Origin: Proteromonas lacertae
Taxonomy: Eukaryota
Length of the DNA: 64,000 nt
Direction: 5' to 3'
Assembly: GCA_002245135.1 (NCBI GenBank)
Contig: NGBS01000890.1
Location: forward strand, 1 to 64,000
The notes under the pieces are model-generated. The model did no database searches, was not told where the DNA came from, and saw nothing but the letters and a program-made list of their open reading frames with translations. Positions 14,050 to 26,876 of this stretch are shown here, in pieces (the first letter of the stretch is position 1; every line of letters starts with the position of its first letter). Made by a program: the position numbers and the translations under genes.

Positions 14050-16218
14050 CTACTTTCCCAACACTCTTTTAACATTCTCAATCAAAGCAGATTGTTCAAC
14101 ATAAGAAGAATTCATAATACTCTTATTCAACAAATCATGCAAGTCATTAATATCCTCCTGTTTAATACCAAAGGTCTCATCGTATCCAAATCCTCTTTCA
14201 CCATTTACTCTCACAAATATCAAATTAGATAAGACAATCTCAGGCAAGTTTCTATATAATGTCTGGTTACTACCAATAGATGAAGTTCCTGTTATACCAC
14301 CAGTTGAAGGATTTGCTGAATTAACCATCAAATTACTGCAATTATTATATAAATTAGTATTGATTTGTCTTTCAATATCAACTACATTTGGATTACAACT
14401 GAATATTATACTTCCTACATCTCTTAATGGCACATATCGTAATATTTGATCTCTCCACCATTGGCTTTTATTGATAGAGTAAGAAGGTAATTCAGAAAGT
14501 GTGCTTTTTCTTTCCATTTCTTGGTTTAATTCATTCTTGAATGATTCTATGATATTATCATCATATACATGTTTGAAGAAGATTGGGAATGTATCATATG
14601 CTAATGAATAAATTGATTGATTTAATATAATATTTGATGGATGAACATATTGTGAAATAGATGGATCTAATAAATGTGATAATGCTAATAAAGGCCAAGG
14701 AATGGACTTTGTTAATTGGAATAAGGTTAATACACATTTAGAATAGTGTAAATCAAATACCATTGTTGATCTTGTATTAGGTGTATTCGGTGTATTACCT
14801 TTAACAGATGTTTGTTGTTGTTGTTGAGCAGTTGATAAATTATTTTGCAATTTATTCAAGAATTGTACACAAGTTTCCCATACACATGATAAATCAGTAC
14901 ACCATGAATCTAAACGTGATAACAGTGTAATAAAATCACCAGATACAGAATATAATCTATCAATACAGTCCCAAAATGCATTATCTTGTACTATATCAAT
15001 GAATTCCTTTGGATATAAGAATGAATCATTAATCTGTGGCATAAAGTTATGTAATAATTGACGTGTATATAATAAATCAGGAATATATTCTAATAGTTTG
15101 TATGGATATTGTGATTGATAATATTGATCATTATATTTGATTCTTCTTATATGTAAATCTGAGTTATATTCGTGTGATAATGTGAATAAATTCATATATA
15201 CTTCATCATAGGATAATATATTCAATACTAATTTGATCTTATTAAATATATTTTGAATATAAATAAAGTCTTCTGTAGAACCAATAAAATTGGTTGTAGC
15301 AACAGTAGCACTTGCTGTTGTACCTGTTGTTGTAGCAGCTGTAGTAGCATTATTATTATTAGTAGTAGTAGTATTTAAGAGTATTAATATCTCCTTTGGA
15401 TCAACTAAATACTTCACAATTTGGTTTAAAGAATCACTAATACAGTTGTAATTTACAAATGGTTGTTTTTCTTTGATATATCTTTCTTTGAATTTAGTGA
15501 TTACTTGACATAATAAACTGTTATTTGGACATACAGCTGCTATTATCTTACTATATATTGGACAATAGCTTTCCCATTTGTTAATTTCTGTTACTAACAC
15601 ATGATATAAGACGTTTACATCTAATTTAGTTTCTAAGGAGAAATGACAGTTGAATAGTAATATCGGATGTTGACCTGGTATTACCAATGTTCCATTAATC
15701 ACTTGTTTCATACTATCAATGTCGTTATACAATGTTAAGCAGAGTGTACCTGGAGGCATTGTTTTTATAAAGTTTCCTAATGTTTGTATGAGGTTTGCTG
15801 CTAAGGGAGGTAAATATTGTTGTAATACTTGATCTACTGTGGGTAATGGCTGGTTTCTACTGAAGGTGTTTGATACAAAATACTTCAAAGAGAAGTGATC
15901 AAGCTTTTCTACTGGCTGGCCGCTTAATAAAACGTATTCACCAATTACTTTTTGCACCAATTCTGAGTTAGCATCTTTTCTGGATTGGTATTGAGCAAAC
16001 AAAGTCTCCCAATTCTTTGGAATGTTGATGTTGTTTTCAGATAAAAAAGTACGATGTTCTTTTAAGAAATGTCTGTTTGAGAGTCGGCTCTTGTTTGCTG
16101 ACACTGCTCCACATAATAGACACTTGTAACCTTTACCTATAGGTTCAAGCTGTGAATGTATCTTCTTTAAATCATCACTTGAGAAAACCTTTATTCTTTT
16201 TATTGGTGTTGCAGGCAT
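14050..16218 (-). CDS. hAT transposase-derived (ZBED-like) protein
   Basis: Intronless 722 aa; N-terminal BED-like finger (YKCLLCG...RHFLKEH), CISDSLNQIVK in place of CxxH, LLDP motif, C-terminal WW...LRDV..IFS.NP....ER dimerisation-like motif. Confidence 0.65.
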   Translation of the reverse strand: MPATPIKRIKVFSSDDLKKIHSQLEPIGKGYKCLLCGAVSANKSRLSNRHFLKEHRTFLSENNINIPKNWETLFAQYQSRKDANSELVQKVIGEYVLLSGQPVEKLDHFSLKYFVSNTFSRNQPLPTVDQVLQQYLPPLAANLIQTLGNFIKTMPPGTLCLTLYNDIDSMKQVINGTLVIPGQHPILLFNCHFSLETKLDVNVLYHVLVTEINKWESYCPIYSKIIAAVCPNNSLLCQVITKFKERYIKEKQPFVNYNCISDSLNQIVKYLVDPKEILILLNTTTTNNNNATTAATTTGTTASATVATTNFIGSTEDFIYIQNIFNKIKLVLNILSYDEVYMNLFTLSHEYNSDLHIRRIKYNDQYYQSQYPYKLLEYIPDLLYTRQLLHNFMPQINDSFLYPKEFIDIVQDNAFWDCIDRLYSVSGDFITLLSRLDSWCTDLSCVWETCVQFLNKLQNNLSTAQQQQQTSVKGNTPNTPNTRSTMVFDLHYSKCVLTLFQLTKSIPWPLLALSHLLDPSISQYVHPSNIILNQSIYSLAYDTFPIFFKHVYDDNIIESFKNELNQEMERKSTLSELPSYSINKSQWWRDQILRYVPLRDVGSIIFSCNPNVVDIERQINTNLYNNCSNLMVNSANPSTGGITGTSSIGSNQTLYRNLPEIVLSNLIFVRVNGERGFGYDETFGIKQEDINDLHDLLNKSIMNSSYVEQSALIENVKRVLGK

Positions 16219-16399
16219 TTAGATCTATAAAAATAAACATTACAATCAGAGAAAGAGAAAAGACAAAAAAACAAGTGTAGGTGTATTATTATAAATACAT
16301 TAAAAAATACGAAATGCTTTGTAATACGTTGGATTAGGTAATTAATACGTATTTTGACTTAATACATGTATTTTAGAATTTTGATTTTTTGAAGGAATA

Positions 16400-19300
16400 A
16401 TGAATCAATATAGTGATAATATTGATGCATGGAGTAATCTGTATGAAGTACAAAGAGTCTACAATCAAATTTCGACCAGTTTTCACAAATGTTTCTTTTG
16501 ATATCTCTCACGAATTAATTTGGGCTACTGATTCTACTGTATATACATTATAAAAATTCAGAGCTAATTAAATATGTATAGGGTTACGTTACAACATTTA
16601 CTCCAGACTTAAATCGATATTCTTCAGTCAAAGTAAGCAATGAATTCTGCTCAACAATATTGCCAACACAAGAATATGTCTATATTTTATGTGATGAAGG
16701 TGTTAAAGCATATACAAGAGGATGTGTACTTCATCACACTTTAGGAAATGATGTACCAGATATAAACAAATATCATATAGCAGATGTATCTAGATCCAAA
16801 CTCCTTGATCGACCATGCTTCATTTATATAGGAAGTAATGAAATCAACAAAATCTGTTCAATCAACACTATGACAGGTCAACATTCATTTCACGATCTAT
16901 CGCACAATGTCACTAGTTTAAATTACAACAGTAGATTCATCACCTGTGGTTCTAGTAATGGACAAGTCACTTTGTTAGATCATCGAATGAGTAGTATTAT
17001 CAAGTCATTTCAAGCCCATCCTGGTATGATAATGTCATTAGAAACTCAGAATAATATCTTAGCAACAAGTGGATTAACTTCAACAGATTATATGAAGTAT
17101 GCAGCAGATAGAACATTGAAATTTTTTGACACTCGAACTTTTGGCTTGATAGATTTTATTTCTTTACCAGATTCAAGTCATTCAATGTTAAAATCAACAA
17201 ATTCAATGATAATGCCATCCATTATTTCATTATCTAAGTATGGAAAAGGCCAAATAATCTCAGTTCAAGGTGCAATTACTCCATTATCATTCTTTAATAT
17301 TTTTCTCACTAATACCAATCCAATTCCAACATTTTCTAGCAGTATTGTTATTCAAGATTATGATATCAGTAAATCAGGTGAATTATTAGTATATATTGAT
17401 AGTTTAGGTGGATTAAGTTTAAATACAAATCAATTAAATGGAATATATACAGTCAATCATGATTCTATCCCATTAGAACTTCCTTCAATCCCTCCAAAGC
17501 TACCTCCAATAAGTATATCTCCATTAGATGCCAATCCATTCTCTTATATTGTTGATTTAGGATCAATACCTCAGAATCAGAATTCCACTATGAGAAGTCC
17601 CAGTTTAAGTGATTATTTCTATAGTGAATATCCACCAATACCACCACTTACATCCATGTCTTATAGAATAAAGAATGAGTTAATGAAAAAGGCAATAGTT
17701 AATGAAAATAGACCGACTTATATACCAATTGATAATAAAAATATTGAACCAAATACCATTGTTTTTGGTAAAAATAGAGATATTATCTTGGAGAATAGTG
17801 ATGCTAGATATAATAATAATAATAATCATAATAATAATAATGAAGATGGTGATTACAATGATTATTATAATAATAATAGTGTAGATCCTTATGAATATAT
17901 TGATCCATTATATAGAAAAGTGAATGTGAGATATGGTAAATTAGGTTTAGATGATTTTGATTTTAGTATTTTCAATAGAACACATTTTGCTGGTTTAGAG
18001 AATACTTATTCTTATGGCTATATTAATAGTTTGATTTATTTCTTATACACTATTCCTGAAATTCATTTATTAGTATTTAGACATATTTGTAATGAAACAA
18101 ATTGTGTTGTTTGTGAATTGTATTTCTTATTCAAAATGATGGATCAATGTCAAAGTGATGAAGAAAAGAGTACAAGATCTGTTCAGCCAATGAATTTTGT
18201 TAGATGTCTACAGAATTTAAAACAGTTGAAAATGTTACATATATTTGATCCAACTGTACAAACATATCCTCAAGTAGTTAGTTCAGTTTTAAGATTTTTA
18301 TTAAATCAAATTAATAATTTCAAAATTAATGAAGAATTGAATGCATTAAATCCACTCTTTGGTATTACAATAACAGAGACTTTGATATGTAAAATACATG
18401 AAAAAGATGATATAACTAAAACCAATATAACTACCTTGAACTTAGACTTTGAAATTCCGCTTAAAACAATTGACAATTCTTTTATTTCACTATTAAACTA
18501 TAACCTTAATAAGTCACATACATTACCAGCTTGGTGTAATATATGTAAAACATATTCAAAACATTCAAAAGAGAAAACTGTTATGAATGTATCATCTTTA
18601 CTTACTATTGCTATTACAGATGAAAATAATAAAACAGTATAATTATATATATATTTATATTTAAAAATTATTATTTATTAAATAGCCATGGAAAACAAAC
18701 GATTGGTTAGTTCCAAAGATAATTCTTAGTCATAATAAAGAGACGAATCAAATTGAGGCAAAACAACCTCCAGTATCACCTTCTGAGGAGGGTAATAGTA
18801 ATTGCTATATTCCTAAAGAAGGTGAATTAGAATATAATTTAACTCATATTATCTATCTAATTCAAGAAGGTAATAAAAACACTCATTGTGTTACTATTTC
18901 ATATACAATCGATAATTATGGAAATAATGAAAATACAATTGTCAATATTCCATTAGATGATCCATTAGGTAAATGGTATTTATTTAATGATTTCTCTATT
19001 CAAGAAGTATTGAAATCTACTGCTTATTCTATGCATTGCGATTATATGACTCCCTGTGTTATGTTGTACAGATTAAATACTGAAAATATTCCAAATGATT
19101 CTACTACAACCACAACTACAACAACTATAATTGATAATTCAACAACTACAACAACAACAACTACTACTACTACTACTACAGTTGATACAAACTCAATATC
19201 ATCTAAATTACCATCTCCAATGCAATATAGTCCAATTAAACAATTAGCATTTGAACAACCATCTTTAACTCAAAAACCATTGCCTCCAATATTAACATTA

Positions 19301-19983
19301 CCAAATGTCCCAGTTAAAGGTGATTATATATCAATTGACTGTGAATTTGTAGCATTATCAGGTGAAGAAGCAACTATTGCTAATGATGGAAGTAGAGTTG
19401 TAAAGAAAGAAATGCAATTAAGTCTAGCAAGAGTATCTGTAGTTGATTATAAAGGAGATTGTATTATTGATGATTATATAATACAACAACAGCCAGTAGT
19501 GGATTATTTGACAAGATTTAGTGGTTTAACCGCTGAGGATTTAGATCCACATTTATCTCAACATTATTTAGTTAGTCTCAAGACTGAATATTTGAAATTA
19601 AGACATTTGGTTGATACTGGTTGTATATTTATTGGACATGGATATATCTTTTTTTTATTTATTTTTTAATTCAGTTTTTTCTTTAATTTGTATCTTTTTT
19701 ACTAAGAAAAGATTTTAGAATTATCAATATCTATGTTCCACATAATCAAGTCAAAGATACAGTAAAGTTATTCTATTTACCGAATCAACGTAAATTATCC
19801 TTGAAATTCTTAGCTTGTCACTTGCTTGATTGGGATATTCAATCTGATAATCACGATAGTATAGAAGATGCAAAAACTGCTTTGTTCTTGTATAAGAAAT
19901 ATGAAGAATGTGCTGCTAATGGCACTATTAGTTCGGTTATAGAGAAGCTGTATGAAACTGGAAGAATTAGTAATTGGAATTAA
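16400..19983 (+). CDS. PAN2: PAN2 poly(A) nuclease catalytic subunit
   Basis: WD40 region, UCH-like domain (FNRTHFAGLEN), DEDDh nuclease (IDCEFV, DYLTRFSG, FIGHGLRKDF, HDSIEDA). Confidence 0.95.
19644..19702 (+). other. U12-type AT-AC intron in PAN2
   Basis: ATATCTTT 5' end, TTCTTTAAT branch-like site, TTTAC 3' end; removal restores GHG-L-RKDFRIINI. Confidence 0.9.
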
Positions 19984-20047
19984 TTAGAAAATATTAAAAA
20001 AAGAATATAAATATTGTGTTTTTTAAATATAAATAATTACAATTAAA

Positions 20048-21451
20048 TCAAATTAAACCAATTTCAAAATCATCATCTGAATGTGGAATGATCTCAGTCA
20101 TTATACATGCTAATTTCTCATCAACGCTTAAATTATTATTACTAAAGTTAATACGAGTAACATTAGCATAAAACTGTGAATTAAATGGAGAAGATTTAGT
20201 TTCATTTTTAAAATTAATAATTACATCTGGTCTTCCTGATTTACCGTGTAATACTTTGATTGTTTCCATTTCATATAATGGTTGTGATTCACAACATAAC
20301 TTTGGAATACAATTTAACTTTAATCTCCACAAGTCAGGAGTTAAAAACATTCTATTTCTATTACAACAACCTAAACAATTACAACCAAATATAGTTGGAT
20401 ATATATGAAATCCTGTATCAACAGGAAGTATGTTGGAAAATACTTCTTCATCGTCTTTCTTTATAATACTTCCACCATACAATACTTGTTGATTGCTTTT
20501 CACTATTTTCTTATCATCTTGACTTGATAATTCTACATGTTCATCAATTGCAGGATTACAATAGAAAGCAAGAGGTAAACATCGAGTATCACCATAGCAT
20601 ATCCAATTAGGTCTATCCATTATTAAATGAGTATTATTTGGGAAATCAATTCTGTAATGTCTTGGATCTTCAGCAATTCTATATATTTTAGCAAATTCTT
20701 CTCCCATTTTCTGGATTTAACATTATCCATGATGGTGGATCTGTTGGTTTAACAGGTGGACAAATGCTTTTACAAGCTGGGAAGAAAGATTTAACAGCTG
20801 CAGCTTTAGTTTCTTCATATTCTCTTTCACAATTCTTTATAATCTATTCAAATAGAGATATAAATAATTATCATTATACATAAAATATAGGTTTCGGACA
20901 TTTGTTATAGTTTTCTTCAATACCATCATAGATTGCGTATCTCTCTAAAGAAACATAATGATTTCTTTCTAGATTCCCAGCTGTTTCATATTTTAGGAAT
21001 GGGTAACCAGGCATAGGCATAATCAAGAATGAAGTAACTAAAAATATATAAACAAAATTCATATACGTGTTCCAAGTATTTGTGACATTAGTGGCTTTAT
21101 CTGCAGTTGGAGGTGGAGCAGTAATCAAAGGATGTGAATTTGTTTGTTCTTTCAATTTTGTATCTTTTTGACATGGTTGTTGTGATATTCCTAGACCAGA
21201 TGATGATATTCTGCCTTGAGTAGCTGTGTTATCTACTGGTAAATTTAGTTGATTGTTTTATACCTGTTTGAGTTGTTCTGTTTCTATCATTTTCTCCTAT
21301 GTTATCATTTTCATTCTTTTTATTAGTTATAATAACATCAACTTCTTCTGTACTTATTGTATTTGGTTGAGTGTTAGTTAATTCAACTCCCCCATCAGCT
21401 GTAATCACTAAAGCAATAGTTTATACATTTTACTGACTTACTGTTATTCAT
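20048..21451 (-). CDS. Hypothetical protein, possibly scramblase/tubby-like C-terminal domain
   Basis: Multi-exon reading frame; Cys-rich GCNCLGCC segment and terminal ...INFSNNNLSVDEKLACIM helix reminiscent of phospholipid scramblases. Confidence 0.5.
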
Positions 21452-21573
21452 ATATGCAAATTAATGAGTTAGAAAGTATATTATAAAAGAAAAATTCTTC
21501 AGAATGTTTTTCTGATTTACACCAATTTTACACAACTATTCTAACTAACTTATAACTATTATTAAACTATTAA

Positions 21574-24052
21574 TTAATTTAAATCTCTATGTCCAAACCA
21601 ATTCTTTGAAGGAATGAAATTTGTTTGAGCCATTTCATTCATTACAATACTCATTGGCACATCGTTGGGAGTAGCCTCCTCCAACTTCATGAATTTAGTC
21701 TTAGCATTCTGCCAATCACCATGAATATAACATCTTATCGCTTCTTCATATTCAACAAGATAATTCTCAGGTAATCCATTTTGAAGATAATTTATACATA
21801 GATCAATTGAATAATCAACCTTTTCTTCAAGAGGATTCTATTTACAAAATATATAAAATTAGATAAATACATTTACTCTCAAATCTCCAACACCATTTAA
21901 ATTAGTAATATCAAATGTATATAAATCAGTTGGATTTTTAGCACCAGCAAATTTAACTCTATCAATATGTCTACATCTCATTCTTGCATCTAAAGGAAGA
22001 ATATACCAAAACTCTCCACTCATTACAATTGGTACTTTATACACAGGAGATAAATCTTGAATTTGTTCAGCCATATTTGCATTCTTGGAGATATAAGAAG
22101 CATCAATCTTAAAATCAGTTCCAATTGCACCTTCAATTGCCCAACCAACGTGTAAACCATAACCAACTTTAACCTAATCAAATAAATAATATATATATAT
22201 ATATACTTCATAATTATCAGTTTGAAATCGTTTTCTAATTGAATCTTTCTCTACAAATTCTTTCAATTGTTTTCCTGTTCCTTTCCATATTCCTTTATTA
22301 CTTTCATCAATACTGATTATAGACTGTATAAATGAAGATAATGCATTGGAAGCAATAATCTCAGTTTGACTATTTCTCCAACTACTAGGTTCCATTTTTG
22401 GGTTAACCAAAAGTTTCCAAACCAATAGAAAAGCATCACCAATATTCTTATTAGGAGCACCTCCAAACATTGCGACAGAATTATGAACTAATAAACTGAT
22501 AGTATTCACAAACAATAAAACATCTTCTTGTAAACACTCAGTAATACTTGTAAATGAACGAATATCACAAAATCCAAATATTGCTGCTACTCTTCTACCA
22601 GCTATATTTGTTCTAATACTACAATCACTACCTAAATTTTGCATAATGATTTCTGCACCAGCTTCTCCAAAACCAATACATAATAAATTACCTACTTTAT
22701 TCAATGTTTTCTCTAATAAAGCTGTTTCATAAGCAGTATCTCTTTCACTTGTCTTTCTTCTTTTCATTGAATAAACAGCACTTAATGGATTTGCAGCTAA
22801 ATCACTAACAGTTTTCATCATTCTTTCAATTGGTTTTATTACTAATTTATTAGCATCTTGTGCAAACATCAAGCATGTCCAAGCCACTAATATCAACGTA
22901 CATATTGTTTTCATTGCTTCTACACCTGCTTCATTCTGCTTCCACTGTTTTACATCATAAATCACTACAGTTTCACATATCTTTTCATTTTTTAGTCTTT
23001 CTATTGGCTGATGAGTTATACCATCATAACATATTGATTCTGAAACTGTAACAATTTCACTTTCTCTATATTTATCTTTAATTTGATCGAGTGTCATTAA
23101 CCTGTTTATATTCCAAGATGAAGTTGAATCTTCTGATACTTCATGTAAAAATGTATTAATTTCATTACTATTATATACTTTAAATGGATTTGTTGGAACA
23201 ACTTCTATTACATACATGAAGATATATTAATCCTTCTTCATTATTTACAGCAGTATATAGACTCATTCTAAATGTATCTTCATCACTTTTATAATTCAAT
23301 TGCAATTGATGAATAACATCAACATTATATTTTATTGATGAAATATCAAAGTCAGTAGATCCTTGAATTAATTGCATACCTATAACTGTAACAATTGCTA
23401 CAAATATAACTCTACAACCGGCTAATTCTATAAATACTTGACCGACTTTGGTGGATTTTTCTTTCTTTTCTAATTTTTTACATTGACTATTTTTATTCTC
23501 ATTACTTATCACTCGATTTAATAACATTGAAGAATTTGCTCTAGATAATGAATTATTTTGAGGGGATTTAGGTAATGAACGGAATAACTTGAAGAATCTA
23601 ACTACACGAAACGATCTAATTCCTCTAATAATATTGGTTGTGTGATAATCATTTCCTTTATAATTCAATAACCCAAACGATTCATCAAATATTATTGTGA
23701 GTGTTGATGCTATATCAATGATCGAATATATAAGAAAATAATAATCCCATGCACTAACTGGAAAGAGGTTAAATAAATAATCCAATATAAAAAACACAAA
23801 TGATAACTATTTTGATATATATATATATATATTAAAATATACAACAGTGAGTATTGTAAATACGATATCTGAAGACTTGGGACAGAAACAAATCCTTATA
23901 TCTTCTGCAAAAAAAATATACAACTAGTAGCTTATAAATAATAAATGTACAGTAAAAATAACAACAACTGCTTTATAAAAATAAGAACGAACTACTCTAT
24001 TTCTAAATTTCAGCCATTTCGACTGATTTTCTTCACTGCCATTTGCAAACAT
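21574..24052 (-). CDS. Voltage-sensor (S1-S4)/class III adenylyl cyclase fusion with C-terminal TPR-like helix, copy 1
   Basis: S4 IIRGIRSFRVVRFFKLFR; FGFCDIRSFT; KNIGDAFL; GLHVGWAIEGAIG..KIDASY; C-terminal YI.GDW motif. Confidence 0.9.
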
Positions 24053-24257
24053 TTGTCTGTATTATTTATATATGTATTTAAATAGTGTTTAAATTATTTC
24101 AATAATACAAAAACAAAAAATGAAAAAACGAATACAAGCTTTATTCAAACTTTCACACTCAAACCAATCCCCCAAAATTAAAAAACTTGAAAAATACATA
24201 ATTAGAATATATTTAATAAATATTATTATACATACTAATTCCTATACATATTAAAAA

Positions 24258-26761
24258 TTACAAGCAACGATATCCAAGCCAATTTTTTGCCTGAAAATGC
24301 ATTTTCTCCATTTCAGACATTACAAGTCTCATTCCACCATCGCCTGGTTTTGTAGGACTTAATTTATCAAAAACAACTTTCGCTCGCTGCCAGTCTCCTT
24401 TTATATAAAATTTAACTGCTTCCTCATATTGTGTCATATAATTCTTAGATAAGCCATCTTGTAATGATTCAATACATGGATCAAATGAATAATCTATCCT
24501 ATTTTCTTTGGGATTACCGATTAACAAATCCCTACATTATGTAGGTTAGTTATATCAAAAGTATATATATCTGTGAAATCAGTAGAACCTGCAAATTTTA
24601 CTCTATCTATATGTCTACATCTAGCTCTAGCGTCAAATGGCAAGATATACCAAAATTCGCCACTCATCAGTAGAGGTAAATGATATACTGGTGATAAATC
24701 TTGAATTTGTTCAGCCATGTTAGCATTCTTCGATAGGTAAGAAGCATCAATCTTAAAATCAGTACCAATAGGCTCCTTCAATAGCCCAACCAACGTGTAA
24801 GCCATATCCTATCTGTATTTGATATCCCACACCAAATCTATCTGTTATTTGAGTTGTGTTAACAAATTCTTTCAATTGAGTACCAGCTATCTTACTGACA
24901 CCTCTGTTACTTTCATCAATACTAATAATTGATTGTAAAAATGCAGATAATGCATTGGAAGCAATAATCTCAGTTTGACTATTTCTCCATTTATTAGCTG
25001 GCATTTTTGGATTTACTGATATTTTCCAAACCAATAGAAAAGCATCACCAATATTCTTATTAGCAGCACCACCAAACATTGATACGTTGTTATGAACAAT
25101 AGATGCGACAGTATTAACGAATTTCAACACATCTTCTTGTAAACACTCAGTAATACTTGTAAATGAACGAATATCACAAAATCCAAATATTGCCGCCATT
25201 CTTCTACCAGCTATGAAGACATTTAAACTACAATCACCACTGAGGTTTTTAATGATGATTTCTGCACCAGCTTCTCCAAAACCAATACATAATAAGATTA
25301 CCTACTTTATTCAATGTTTTCTCTAATAAAGCTGTTTCATAAGCAGTACTTTGAGCTGTTTTCTGATTCTTTGACATATAAACGGCACTTCAATGGATTT
25401 GCAGCTAAATCATTCACTGTTTTCATCATTCTTTCAATTGGACGAATTACTAAGGTATGAGCATCTTGTGCAAACATCAAGCTTGACCATCCTAATAAAA
25501 TGATGATTAACAATGTTTTGATCATGTTTAAACCTGCCTCACTCTGTTTAAAATCTTTAATATTATAAATTACTTTTGTTTCACAAGGTGGTTCTGAAGA
25601 TGGTCGAGATACTGCCATATGATCATCGTCAAAACACAAGTCATCTATATATTCCACTATTTCATGACTTCTGTAATTTTTACCAATATATTCTTCAGTA
25701 GTAAGTTCATTATAATGCCAAAATGACTCATTATTTGTTGTGTATTGTTTGAGAAGTGATTGAAATTTATCTTCACTTAACCTATTTAATGATATATATA
25801 TATATATATTCATACATAGTTGAAGGAATAGTCCTCATTGGACAAGTTCTATTACATAATCTAAAATACATTAACCCTGCCTCGCTATTTACCATTTGGT
25901 TTAATAATATACCGAATATCCTATCATTTACTTTATAATCTAACTGCATTTTATGAACTAATCTTGTATTCTCATATATACCAGTGGCATCATACTCAGG
26001 AAAACCTTGAATAGCATATATACCACTTATCATCAACAATGACTATTAATTAATTAAAAATTCATAATTATACTATTAAAATTACTCTACAAGTAGCTAA
26101 TTCGGAGAATACTTGTCCAACTTTAGTTGGCTTTTCCTTCTCTTTCTTATCATTAGTTATATTAGACAAATTACCTTGATTTGTGTGAGATCTACCTGCT
26201 CTCTTTGGAGCCACTCTGAATAGTTTGAATAATCTCATCAATCTGATTAAACGTAATACTCTTAAAAATGTATTGACTGTTTTACTATTTAAATCTGCTG
26301 TTAATCCGACTGATTGGTCTGTTAAAATAGTCATAGTAGATATCCAGTCCAACCAATAATATGTGAGTTTTATAATTTTAGGAAATGTGATATATGTAAA
26401 TACAAGATCAAAAATGAAAATGATAAATGACAACTATAACAATAGAGCAGTTCAATTTATACAATTGTTAGAACTTGAAATGCTATATCCGAATTCATCG
26501 GACAGAAGGCTAGCCGAAAGTCCTCAGCGAATAATGTGTAAATCTATACATAATTAAAAGCTAATATCATACAGTCAATAGTAATATCAAAACTTTATAT
26601 ACTGGACTTTCCAATATGAAATTAACACATTTCTTCGATCTTGAAAGACTTTCTTCCTCTTCGTTTTGATATACACTAGGCTGATTGTTTATGGAATTTT
26701 TATTATAACGGGTTGATTTCACATAGGCGTCATTGTCAGACTGCTTAACCAAACGAGCCAT
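24258..26761 (-). CDS. Voltage-sensor/class III adenylyl cyclase fusion, copy 2 (three apparent frameshifts)
   Basis: S4 FLRVLRLIRLMRLFKLFR; same cyclase motifs as copy 1; frame breaks near 24530, 24770 and 25391. Confidence 0.88.
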
Positions 26762-26876
26762 AATAACAGAAATCTGCAAGCTTTTTCAAACCTTATTATA
26801 TCAAACTTCAGTTTGATTTTTCTTTTCTCTTATTCTCATTATATAGTAATAATATAACTTATACAGCAGAATAAAT

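Noticed and set aside
19100..19180. ACT/ACA trinucleotide runs, plus (AT)n and (AAT)n tracts elsewhere
   Set aside because: Ordinary microsatellites encoding poly-Thr/Asn or sitting in introns; no CRISPR-like repeat-spacer structure
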